Under the pieces are notes generated by a model. That model had not been told where the DNA came from. It did no database searches and was given only the letters and a program-made list of their open reading frames with translations. From the NCBI RefSeq assembly GCF_009914755.1, contig NC_060925.1: a DNA stretch of 64,000 nucleotides, one strand, 5' to 3'. How positions within the stretch are numbered: the stretch's first letter is position 1; each line of letters begins with the position of its first letter. The DNA comes from the human T2T-CHM13v2.0 reference genome, Homo sapiens. Below, in pieces: positions 1-14,719 of the stretch. Made by a program: the position numbers and the translations under genes.

Positions 1-380
<380 letters not shown>

Positions 381-839
381 CGGCCCTGACTATTTTTAAT
401 GAGCCCCCGCCGCAGCAGGCTGGTGTGAAGTGTGTGTTGAGGGATGCTTTGTGAAGAATAAGGCATCACAGAAAGACAGTGCACTGATGGTGCAGTGAAA
501 GCAACACAGGTCTCCTCAACCTGCCCAAGAAACTCATGGCTTTGGGGGAACAATCAAGTGACTAAAATACCTCTCAAGTGAATTCTCATGGTTTTAACAG
601 GAAGAGGAGTGCCAGAATACGGACGATGGGAAAGGTTTGGCTTTCATCCCACAAGGGGTCAGACCCATCCCATCTGTAGACTCTCCAGTCTACCCGCCAC
701 AAATTGCTCCCTGCTGGATTCTTTGGAGGTTGTTAAAGGCATTTCCCAATGAAAATACCCTAAAAACTCTGGAAGAACTTGGTTATAAATTATAAAATTT
801 TATAACTTAATTTTTCATTTTTAAAACATTTAAAAAATA

Positions 840-1985
<1,146 letters not shown>

Positions 1986-2073
1986 TAAGATATAATACAT
2001 GACTACACGAGACAAATGTAGGAAAAAACCAGAAGACTTCTCAAATTGTTGCCATTTCAGGGTTTCTGAATAC

Positions 2074-2209
2074 CTGAGGTTTTTCCGAAGAGATGTTGGG
2101 TCATTGGCCAGAAGGGTGTTAACCAGGCCGAAGAGCTGCATCACACGCTCATCCTGGCGCAGATCTTCATGGCCTTTTAGAAGGAAAACAAACTCATGTC
2201 CGTTGCTGC
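2074..2209 (-). CDS. MTOR: MTOR exon 47 (136 nt; GSNGHEFVFLLKGHEDLRQDERVMQLF...LRKNL; K2187, S2215)
   Basis: ttacag acceptor, CAG|gtattc donor; PIKK motif LLKGHEDLRQDER in ORF 1914..2285. Confidence 0.97.
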
Positions 2210-3024
2210 CTGTAAGGAACAGTGGGAGCGGTGAGTGTACATCAGAGGTCCTCAGCTCTTCAGCTGAGAGCACCACTGCATTCAAGAGATCCCACAGACT
2301 ACATATGCCTTACCTAATCACACGTTCCTCACAAAAAGAAAAAACAATCTTTAGAATTAATGAAAAGAGTGGCTTTGCCTTTTATGGTTCTCAATGACCA
2401 GTGTTGTTCAAATTAAAACAAAACAAAATCTGTTTTTGAGGACCAGGAACGGTTAGGCATGGAAATGATCATTCCTGTTTTCCGACCCACTCTGTCCTCC
2501 TCTGTTCTGAGAAGCCTGACTCCTACAAGCCGCATCACCTGGGATCCCACTTGGGCGTGGCCAATGGTGGAAGGGTACTGGCAGGAGGTCAGAGGATGGG
2601 TAGAGGGAGAGGTCAGGGTATGTGTCCCCCATCACCAGCCTGGCCCCAGTTCTAGAAGCTACCACTCTCTCTGGACTGTAGACTCTGCTAGATGGCCTCT
2701 CTGGCATGGTGACGGTTCTAGCTGGGCTCCTTGCTCTTTCAGTTCTGGAGTGTGGGGGTGGGTGAGGGCTGAGTAACAATTTCTCACTTGTGCTTGTTCA
2801 TGAGCGCTCCTTGTTGATTCTCTTAGCTTTGCTTACACCTCTGGAAACAATTCCTTTCTTAAACTCTCTTTAATTAAACACCCCAAGAACCAGCCTGACC
2901 CACATTTTGTATCAGAAGACAACAGCTCATGCAGAGATAATCACCTGTGGACCATGATTAATTGGTGTTGGTGAATAATCACTGCATTTAAGAAACATTG
3001 AGCATTATTAAGAGCGAGAGGTGA

Positions 3025-3641
<617 letters not shown>

Positions 3642-4196
3642 GCGAGAGGCCTCAAAGTGCCACCACAGCACTCAGGCCTCACTAAAACATCCCCCATAAG
3701 TAACACTCTACCCCAAGGGAAATTCCAGAGCCCACTTGCTTAACAAATCTCACTGTGAGAATCCACTTGTTCATTTTACACAATCATTTACCACAGAGAC
3801 TATGATGGTAAAAAAAAAAAGAAAAAAATTTCAAGAGCCAGAAGCCCCCGTTTCAGAGGAGCTAGCACCTTCCCTGCTTGCACCCAGCTGCCTCCTCCCT
3901 GGCCTCATCAGTCTCCAACACCTGCCTTCCACTGTTACTTCTCTGCCTTGCATGCCTTTGTCATTCCCTTTATGTGTGATCATGCTTCACATAAGCCCAA
4001 CTACATGAATGAACTAAGTCCTGAGGACATAATGAGAAATTTGCTTGCCCTCTATTTTCCTCTCAATGAGCATGGGAGAGATGTAGCTATGATAGGTGAG
4101 TAGTGGGAATGGCAAGCAGTAATTTCAGAAGAGGGAAGGGGTCTCAGCCAGTGTAGGAGGGAGAAGTGGGTGACAGAAGTGCACAATGGTCCTTAC

Positions 4197-4371
4197 CCAT
4201 AAGTGTCAATTTCCGGGGCCTCTGCTTGGATGTGATGACTTGCAAAGACGGTGCTATGGACTGAATGCGAATGATTGGCTGGTTGGGGTCATATGTTCCT
4301 GGCACAGCCAATTCAAGGTCCCGGCACATCAGAAGTTTTGGGGAAACATATTGCAGCTCTAAGGATGTGAG
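4197..4371 (-). CDS. MTOR: MTOR exon 46 (175 nt; [12 protein letters not shown]...[11 protein letters not shown]; kinase N-lobe)
   Basis: ttacag acceptor, TGG|gtaagg donor; ORF 4144..4329. Confidence 0.96.
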
Positions 4372-4584
4372 CTGTAAATAATTACCAAAGGATTTAGTGT
4401 TCTGCCTCCAGGGAAGAATTTAAACGCAATTTAAGTATTTTTCAGTGGATTGCTAATAACAATTACTTGTCCCAAAGCAGAAGTAAAACCAGATGCTTTG
4501 GAATGAGTGTTAGAACATTCATAGACAGTAAAACAGAAAGGACTATAATGACAGTTAACCCTGCCAGGAGCCTGAAGATCCTAC

Positions 4585-4719
4585 CTGAGGCAGCTGCTTT
4601 GAGATTCGTCGGAACACATGATAATAGAGGTCCCAGGCTTGGGTGAGGTCCTTGACATTCCCTGATTTCATGTACTTCCTGCACCACTCTTGGGCCTCCA
4701 TTAAATCTCGACCATAGGC
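4585..4719 (-). CDS. MTOR: MTOR exon 45 (135 nt; [12 protein letters not shown]...RISKQLPQ; second half of FRB)
   Basis: tctcag acceptor, CAG|gtagga donor. Confidence 0.96.
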
Positions 4720-5198
4720 CTGAGAGAGAAAGCAGGCACGTTTTCAAGTTATCAAAGTCTCAACCAACCCAGGAGGCAAAATCCCCAGGCTGACTGCAGA
4801 TATTCCTCAGGAGCCCGCTGTGGCCTGAAAACACTGGCAGGGGGCTGGAGAAAGCAAGAGCATAGGTGCAGGCCTCCAACCCTGGAGCTTCCAAACCAGC
4901 AGCATGGCTTATAGGGAAGGAAGGGTGAGAGGAGAGACGAGATGACCTCTTGAGAAATCTTGGGCTTTTCCAGTTAAAATTCAGAAGGGTCCCTGTAACT
5001 AATTTCTGATGTTTTATGCTCTGTGACCTCCATCAGAGCTCGTTTTATTAAAGTCAGTGGAAAGGCCAGAGGAAAAGAAATCTGACAAAGGCCTTGGGTC
5101 ACGTCCTTTCATTCTATAAAAACTTTTCTCATTTCATTTTTTTTTAGTGGCAGAATATTTCTACAGGGTTATGTCCTTTCGTGTTTTTTACCCCATAC

Positions 5199-5381
5199 CT
5201 GATTAAAGGATGTTTCCTTCAGAGTCTGGGGGCCCCGTTCCATCATAGCATGCAAGGGCTCCAGCACCTCAAACATGCCTTTCACGTTCCTTTCCCCAAA
5301 GTACAAACGAGATGCCTCTTCCAGGCCTTCATGCCACATCTCATGCCAGAGGATGGCCACTCGGATCAGCTCCTCGCTCAC
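5199..5381 (-). CDS. MTOR: MTOR exon 44 (183 nt; [28 protein letters not shown]...SFNQ; first half of FRB including S2035)
   Basis: cttcag acceptor, CAG|gtatgg donor; ORF 5169..5414. Confidence 0.97.
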
Positions 5382-5578
5382 CTGAAGCCAAGAGAAGAAG
5401 GAGAGAAGCACCAAGAATCAGCTAACCTCAGAAAGGTCTGTTTTGGAGACACAGGAGGTACTATTTCCAGCAGTCAGAGGAAGTGCACAGCACCAATGCG
5501 AGGAAGAAAAACAATCCCACTTGCGCCCACCAGCTAAGGGACCAGGGTCTATGAAGCCCCACAGTGGCTCCGACCCAC

Positions 5579-5701
5579 CATCATGGCCTGCTGGACCAGG
5601 GTGTTGCTGTGCTCACACATGTTCTTCAGAATCTTGTTGGCTGCATTGTGCCGGGCTGTCGTGGTAGACTTAGAAGCCACTGTCAGTGGGTAGATGAGGG
5701 C
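5579..5701 (-). CDS. MTOR: MTOR exon 43 (123 nt; ALIYPLTVASK...VQQAMM; I1973/T1977)
   Basis: cctcag acceptor, ATG|gtgggt donor. Confidence 0.96.
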
Positions 5702-6028
5702 CTGAGGGAAAAACAGAAGAAACATCTATAAAGGAAATGTGGGTTGGGGAAGAGCTGGTATGAATTTTAAGGAGAATAACAAAACAAGTGGTGAGTGTGA
5801 CATTAACATCTGCTTGAGACTACCAGGAAGGGGCTCAGTCTTCGAGGGAACGCTTTCTTTTTAGCAAGGCTCCCGGGCCCTCTGGGACGGCTGGCTGGAC
5901 AGACCCTCCTGGGCCAGGATGGAACACATGGCTCCCAGTTCCTGCGCTTGTGTCGCCAGGGCAGCTTTTGGAAAGGCTGACCACCAAACCAGTGGTTAGA
6001 TGAGAAACTGCCCAGAGTCTCCACATAC

Positions 6029-6127
6029 CTGGGGGTGGTACCGACCAATGTCTGTGAGAAGCTGGTGAATGAGACGTCCCACCAAGGGTCTGGGCGTATC
6101 AATTCTTGCAATGAGCTGAGGTATAAC
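6029..6127 (-). CDS. MTOR: MTOR exon 42 (99 nt; VIPQLIARID...GRYHPQ)
   Basis: taccag acceptor, CAG|gtatgt donor. Confidence 0.96.
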
Positions 6128-6405
6128 CTGGTATTCAAAAAGACACAGTATGTAGCATATGAGACTTGAAACAACTAGTTATTCTTCTAGGCAAAGATCA
6201 ATTCTTTTAACTTGTTTCGGTTGATGCTCTGAAATGGTTCATTCCCTTCCCTTTAGTTTCTAAAAGAAAATAAAGAAAATATGGACACTTGACACTGGGA
6301 CCGAGCCCTACTTCCTTAGCACTGTATTAACACACACTGCCTTGTGACACTGAACACAGCATGCTTGTAAGAGGAGACACACAGAAGAGAGACTTGGAGC
6401 CACCT

Positions 6406-6445
6406 TCACCTGTAACCAAGTATCCTCACCTGTAGCCAGGTATCA
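6406..6445. repeat. 20-bp tandem duplication of the exon 41 3' end and donor
   Basis: tcacctgtaaccaagtatcc / tcacctgtagccaggtatca, 17/20 identical. Confidence 0.85.
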
Positions 6446-6526
6446 ATCTGGATGGCTTTCACCCCCTCCACTAAGGCCTCATTGACATCTGGCCAGTGAC
6501 CATAATCAAACCATAAGGTGAGAACT
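6430..6526 (-). CDS. MTOR: MTOR exon 41 (97 nt; VLTLWFDYG...IDTWLQ)
   Basis: tttcag acceptor, CAG|gtgagg donor. Confidence 0.96.
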
Positions 6527-7312
6527 CTGAAAAAGAAATGAGAAAGTCACAGAAAATTTAGTTTCCCAGTTTTTGCCTGCCTGTTTTTCATCTCTAAGGC
6601 TCCTGAGAAGAGAGCTGGCAGGGACTCCAACCAGTAACTCTCAAATGTGTTTGGCCTCCCATGGGAGCAGGTGTCTGTGATGGGTGGCAGTGCTCTTGAC
6701 TGAACACCGTAAGAGTCACCCTGAGCAAATGAGCATTTCATCCCAGGTCACCGAGGGGTCACCATGGCATGTATGCAAACATCAAACAGACGAGCCAGGA
6801 TAACCTTTAGAAAGCCACAAGTCTGCACATGTAAGAGTCGCTGTACGGCAGAGGCAACAGGGACACCTGGCTCTTAGCTGGCTGGAGATCCTCAAATGAA
6901 GGAGGATGTGGACCTTGTCACCTTTACCCTCTGGGTTAACTGATTTGAGTCATTTGTTTAGACCTCTCCAAGTTGCTGAGGGATTTTAGAAATACTGTGA
7001 CTTCAATAGGCAACAGGGTGGTCAGAAAAAAAGAAATATTGTGATTAACAGATGGGTTAATAATCCCTCCATAATAAACCACACATGGAGAGTTCTCACT
7101 CCACTTCTCCTCCTCACTCTCTGTAGGTTTCACCCACACAGGTGGGGCCCAGTCAGCTGTTACTCCTTAAATGCAGTGCAGAAAAAAGGCACATACATCG
7201 ATCTTGGGTGTCCTGATCAGGGTCAGGAAGGGAAAGAGGACTTTTACGTGTGACTTCTAGGTCTTGCCATTAACATGGCCTACCAGAGTTGCATCCTTCC
7301 CTTCTCTGATAC

Positions 7313-7413
7313 CTGAGTGTATCCTGGAGGTTGTTGCCTCGTGACAAGGAGATGGAACGGAAGAAGCCCTGGACGGCAGGCACCGTGTACATCAGGAGGG
7401 TTTTGGACAGATC
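7313..7413 (-). CDS. MTOR: MTOR exon 40 (101 nt; DLSKTLLMY...NNLQDTL(R); F1888)
   Basis: caacag acceptor with gctaac branch-point motif, CAG|gtatca donor. Confidence 0.96.
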
Positions 7414-8103
7414 CTGTTGGAACACACACGTGTTAGCGACACTCTTGCCTCTGCTTTCTCATCTGTAAAATGGGCATAAGAGCATACTAACTGTACCTAC
7501 TTCAAAGGGTGGTTATAACAATTAAATCGGTTAATGCATGAAAAATCTTTAATCATTACCTGGCACATAGCAAAGACTCAATAAATGGCAACTGTATCAT
7601 AACTGTTATTATCTTGGGCTGACAGTGGCTTCCTGAACAGGATGGAGGGAGGAGGTGGAGCTGAGGCTCTGAACACCCGGATCTCTGGGCCTGCCAGCGG
7701 CCCTGGCGCATTCTGAACTGACAGCCCAAGGGGAAGGGGAAGAAGTGGAAGTGGAGAGAAAAAGGCAGAGGATGGACCTCCCAAGCCCCATCCTCAGAGT
7801 GGACCCGCAGCTGTGTACAGCCACCCACACACAGGTGCAGCACGTAGAGAATGAGCTCGTCCACAGGGAAGCTTGACAAGGAGCTTGCTCTTCAGCATAG
7901 AGGCTGCGTCAGCTCCCCAAACACAAATATTCACACACAAAGCCCTATCTCAGGCAGTGCTGGATGGTAGATAGGCAGTATTTTCCAGCTCCATCTGGCA
8001 CTTCAGATACAGCCTCAGGTTCCTTTTAAGCTTAACAACGATTCCATTTCTCAGAGAGCCTGGCACCTTGGTTGGTTGTTAATAAGGAAGAAGGGAAGGG
8101 TAC

Positions 8104-8352
8104 CTCAGTGACCTTCTTCTGCAGCGGCGATGGGGTGGGGCTGTTCTCGGTGCTCTCGGCCTCACTCTCACTGTTGCTGCCCTCGGTGCTGGCAGTGGTG
8201 GTGGCAGTGGCGGCCGTGGTGGCGGCAGTGGTGGCGTTGGTGATGTTGGCCCCGCTGGCATGACGCAGTTTCTTCTTCTCATCGCGGGCTTGGTTCTGAT
8301 GTTTGTAGTGTAGCACAGCTTCGAAGTTCATCACTGCCCACGCATGCCAGGC
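8104..8352 (-). CDS. MTOR: MTOR exon 39 (249 nt; AWHAWAVMNFE...KKVTE; E1799 and Thr/Ala/Ser-rich loop)
   Basis: aaccag acceptor, GAG|gtaccc donor; ORF 8032..8397. Confidence 0.97.
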
Positions 8353-10654
8353 CTGGTTGGGGAGAAAGGCAAGGACAGACACTGGAGCTGTGACCAACAG
8401 CAGGGCTCAGAGGAGCGCAAGGTCGATGCTGAGGAACAGCTGCTCCTGCCTGTTCTGTGTGTCCATAAAGCAAACACTTCAAGGAGACACTCAGAAATGG
8501 CTGTTTTACTAAATTCAACATGATCCACTCACTTTGTGGAGCACTAACTATATAACGTACTATGAGTGCACTGCGAGAAGGGCACAGCAAGAGGAGCAGG
8601 AGAGAGCTCTTGCCTCAAGGGATCTCCCGGCCTCCTAGGGGAGCTCACGCACAAACCTGAAGACCTAGGTACTCTGCAAGGCACAATGGGAGTAGCAAGG
8701 ACAGGCATTTGGAAAGCTTTGTCAAGAAGAGGGATTTGGGGTAGGTCTGGAAGAGAGCTGCAGAAGGGCAAGGAGGGAAACAAGAAGGCAGCGGTGGGGA
8801 CTACTTGGCAAGGGGGAAGAATAAGGCCAGAGATGTGCAGATTGGTTCACGGGAAACAAGCCCATGAATGTGACCGTGCAGGGGATACATGCAGGCGAGG
8901 AGTGAGAGCGAGGCCAGCAAAGCACGCCTGGAGCAGGCACAGGGCTGGCACTTTCACCCAGAAAGCAGAGCTGCACTGGGTATAAAGTGTACATTTAGGG
9001 GAGAGCAGAAATGGCAAGCAGAAGTGGGGGCAAGCAGCAGTCATCACAATATTTCAAGGGAGCAAAGTTTTGACAGGTCACCAGATAGTGGACAAAGGAA
9101 GACATGAAGAGCATAGGAGCCTGACAGAGAAAGAATCTCACCCATCTGCCTGGTCCCAACACCTAGCCCACGGCCTGACAGAGAACCAGTGCTCAATGCT
9201 TGAAGGAAGAACCGCTGGTGCTTATTTGGATAAAGGAATACTACTCTCTCTGGGGTTCTGAGCGGCAATGACTCTACAGCGTACCACCACTTGGTTTAGC
9301 GAGTGTGAGGCAGAGTTTGCTTCCAGGCATGGTAACTTTGCAGTGATAGTAGGACACTACGTGACCCATTAATAGCTGAACTTTCTGAATAATTGGGAAA
9401 TTCGTTTGTATGCCTTGCCAAAAACCTTGAACACAGGTGCATCCGTTTTCTCAACTAAGGAGAATAGATTGATCACAACTAACCTTTACTTGATGAGTAA
9501 GAATTCTACAATGACCCAGGTTTCAGTTTTCCCATACCTTCATTTATTCACTGAATATCTCTTGTGTATCTGCTATGTGCCTGGCAATGACCTGGGGTCA
9601 AGGTGAACAAGACAAACAGTCCTGGCATGCATACAGGGCCATGACGTTGATGGTAGAATACATCATAAAACAAAAGGGACCCACATTAGGAAAAGCTTTT
9701 AAAAACTAAAACTAAAGTTCCTGAAACCAACTTTTTTCTTGTGATTTGCTTACTTCCTAAAAGCTTAATGAATGAAAGTAACTCTGGTTAGAATACAACT
9801 CTGATTAATAAGCTTCCAGTTAATAGTGTTTACCGGATGTATTTTCCAGCTTTGGACATGCAAGCTGTCCTAGAGAGAGTATTACTCTTATGACAAAATG
9901 GACATTTTTCAAACCAGAATGAAGCATGCCTAAACAAAGGTAAGATCTGTATTATAAGTGCTTCTGCAGTCCTCAGATACAAGTTTAGATTTCAGAGAGA
10001 TTAATTCACAAAGTATTGGCAAGCCAAGGAAATACTGGAAAGATGTCAATGACATCTGCCACACCAAGTAGTTACCAGAAAGCCTCTCAAAAAGAAATAA
10101 GAAAGTATATTCTCACCAAAGATATACACTTCCAAAAATCACCCCTCCATCAATCACATCTTTTATATATTTTCTAATTCTGTTTATCTCTTTCAAAAGT
10201 TTCCTGTAACATAACAGGATGTTACTTGGATCTTTCCAATAAAAACAAAGAAAGTTAAGTTCTTAGCTGAGGAGCAGGCAAGGATGCAAATCAGAAAAAC
10301 GCTGAACAAGAACAGATGACCTAAGGGAAGATGTCACTCCAGAGATTAACCATGTGTCCAGATGCTCCCAGGAAAACAAGCAGCTCAGAGTCTGTAAGAC
10401 AGCAGCAATCCCCAACACCACATACACATAATAATGGTGTAACAAGTATTTCTCCAATAATCTTTCTGTATTAATTAAACTTGTAGGGGGAAATGCAGGC
10501 TCCCTGGGCCTCTTATAGATAGGCTCCAGGGACTCAAGGAGTAAGTTCACAGCATCAGCCTAGCTCCGCAGAAGCTCAGCTGTAACCACGAGCACACAGG
10601 AGGACACGAGCCAGCCAGGGTGCTGGGTCTCACAGGTGGCCTGCTTCTGATCAC

Positions 10655-10772
10655 CTTGTACCAGCTGCGGTCGTGCTCTGTGGCGGCGCTGTAGTACTGC
10701 AGCACTTTGGGGATTGTGCTCTCATTGATGCCCTGTAGATTCAGCTGCCACTCTCCAAGTTTCAGGAAGCAT
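10655..10772 (-). CDS. MTOR: MTOR exon 38 (118 nt; CFLKLGEWQL...HDRSWYK)
   Basis: ttccag acceptor, AAG|gtgatc donor; ORF 10547..10798. Confidence 0.96.
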
Positions 10773-11357
10773 CTGGAAGCAGAGAAACAAGCCCCCATGA
10801 CATTCCCTCCTCAAAACAGCCCTCCTAAGAGGACCACAAATTGTTAGGGGACACTGAAGCCCTTCTGGTATTTCCTCTTATTCTCAAGAGGCAATGTGAA
10901 GGAGCTAGCAAAATTTTCAGCCACACGCAAGAAAGGAGATGGGCTTTTGGAATACATTTTTAAGATACCATCTTTCCATCTTGACCTTTGTCTCTCAATG
11001 ACAGCATAAACCATGTACCTGGTACAGATAGGTCTGTATGGACTTACCTACCCCAAACCCAATTTTTTGTGGGTGACAGTTGTTGAGAGTTACTTCTTTA
11101 TTGATTGCTATATGGCTTCTCCCTTACTTTTCCCTTTGCCTCCATTCTTTGTAATGAGATTAGCCCACATTTACTGACTGCTACTGTATTCCAAGTGCTG
11201 CTTGAAATGCTTGGCATTGTACTCTTTGCATTAATCCTCACACTACTTTATACCACCCTAGGAAATAGAAACTGTTACTATCCCTTTTATATTGGTAACT
11301 GAGGCATAGAGAGGTTAAGTCACTTCTCTGAAGTCAAATATCAAATCTGCAGCACAG

Positions 11358-11650
11358 AGTGGCACAGTGGCCCACACCTATAATCCCAGCATTTTGGAAG
11401 GCTGTGGAGGGAGGCTGGCTGGAGCACAGGAGTTTGAGACCAGCCTGGGCAACATTAAACTTGTAGGAGGAAATGCAGGCTCTATGCCTGTTCTTTTGTA
11501 GAGACCTCATTTCTACAAAAAACTAGCCAGTGTGGTGGCACGTGCCTATAGCTACTTGGGAAACTGAGGTGGGAGGATTGCTTAAGCCCAGGAGATCAAG
11601 GCTATACTCTAGCCTGGGTGACACAGCAAGACCATCTTAAAAAAAAAAAA
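11358..11650 (+). mobile_element. AluJ with non-Alu insert at ~11454-11502
   Basis: Diverged Alu dimer with A tail. Confidence 0.8.
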
Positions 11651-11928
11651 GGGAGGGGCAGCATATCTGACATTTGAAAACAAGGACTCTAAAACCAGAC
11701 GCCAGGAGAACAGCACATGGGTGCTCTTGGGCTGCTGAACCTAGGAAAGCAAGTGGCAGAGACTTTGAGAGCAGTATGCTTTGGTGGTTGCCTGGGATCC
11801 CTACTGGAAAAGGAAAGAGAGATGTCAGCAATCAGCCACCCAAGAAGCCTTGAACTCCTCCTTGCTGCAGAAGCTGCTGGGATGACAGGGCTGGAATATG
11901 ACTTGCCCCAGGTCAGTGGGGACCTCAC

Positions 11929-12044
11929 CGGGCCATGAGCTTGTGCAGTTCCTGCTTATGCTGCTGGTCCTCAGTAGCGATGGCATGCTGGGCCTGTTGC
12001 TGCATGGTCTGGACAAAATGCTGCATGTGCTGGAAGGCATCGAT
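11929..12044 (-). CDS. MTOR: MTOR exon 37 (116 nt; IDAFQHMQHF...LHKLMA(R))
   Basis: ttacag acceptor, CCG|gtgagg donor. Confidence 0.96.
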
Positions 12045-13129
12045 CTGTAACAGGACAAAGGCACAGAGAGCCACTTGGCTTGTGGCCCAGCTTCAGAGGA
12101 AGGGAGCTACCGTTCATCTGATAGGCATGAGTCAACCCCTCTCCAAACAGAATACCCTAGAGCACAGAATGATGACCCCATAGGACAGAGGACCAGGGCG
12201 TGATACTGGGAGAGACTGGGCTTTTCAAAAAGATTCATGACTTATTCAACTCAAGTCTTGGCTCTCCTTTGCCAACTATAATTACCAGTTTTATAAGCCT
12301 TGGCAAAGTTTCATGCCTGGCTACCCCAAATAAAAATTCCTACAAAGTAATTTGAAACAACTGCTTACTTCACTATCAATATGTTACCCTGGGGGATATT
12401 AGGCTTTTGGGAATTGTTTCAGGCTAATAAAACTTTGGTATTTGTTTACAACACCAGGGTACCTTGGACAGTCCAGCGGAGCAAAAACTATGGATTTAAA
12501 AATCATATAGCACCCAAATAAGAACACAGATTTGGAGTGAAAACCCGCATGCATTCACAGGGAATAGGGAGAAGATATTAGCTCAGCAGACATCTGGTTG
12601 AACAGGGTGACTTAGGGGCAAAATCTCCAGAGCATCCTAAAGCAGCTAGATCTATTTATACTACCGGCTTGTATACAAAGTGAGCAGAGGGCATGTGAGT
12701 CAGGAACAGACAGCTGAACTGAGGAAGGGCAGAGACAGAATCACAGATCTGGGACTACTGTACAAGCCCGCCACATCCAGTTGAACCAGCATCTTGATAA
12801 GTGCGGTCCATATCACTTTTAAAGGGAAAAACAAATCTTTTCTGGTTTTTCTAGAGGGGGGAAAACCCACAAATAGAAAAAAAAATAATAATAAAGGGCT
12901 TCAAGGATGGAGATAGAATGTACAAACATCAAAAGCTCAAATGGAAAAATGGCAAAATCTAAATGCATTAACACAGGGAAAGGAAACATTATATGAGAGA
13001 ATGTGAAAAAGAGGCAATGTGTTCTGTGCTGCAGAAGAAGGAAAAAATCAAGACTTCAGATAAATAACAGTTCTCCTTATGGTAAATCATATAAGAGGTA
13101 TTTTTGTTTGTTTTAAATAAAAACATGTT

Positions 13130-13740
<611 letters not shown>

Positions 13741-14079
13741 TGTTAGTGATGATGGCCTTGAAGAAAATGAAACTCCCTAGCTTGGGGGCCAGGACCAACC
13801 TCAGATGCTTTTCAATATAAGGAATTAATTGGCATGAAGAGACTGGGTTAACCCAGAGCCAGAATGACATGACAAACAATTGATCAAGCAGCTAATCCAT
13901 GCATGAGGACAGGGCAGGCACACAGATGTTCCAACACTTAACAAGACACCTGTCTCCCTCAGACATCTGTCTTCACAGGGATCCATTACTCACCACCAAC
14001 TTTGAAAAATGAACTACAATAGCATCCCACACTTGGGAAGTGATAAATGTTCCTTTAATTTTAATTTTTTTAACTTAAA

Positions 14080-14719
<640 letters not shown>

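Noticed and set aside
790-805. Perfect 16-bp palindrome ttataaaattttataa
   Set aside because: Pure A/T in an AT-rich tract; expected by chance or slippage
3717-3726. Isolated GGGAAATTCC kB motif
   Set aside because: Single site at about background frequency
6122-6130. Exon 42 starting with GT (cag|GTTATA) as a recursive site
   Set aside because: Reconstituted donor lacks +3 to +6 matches; too weak
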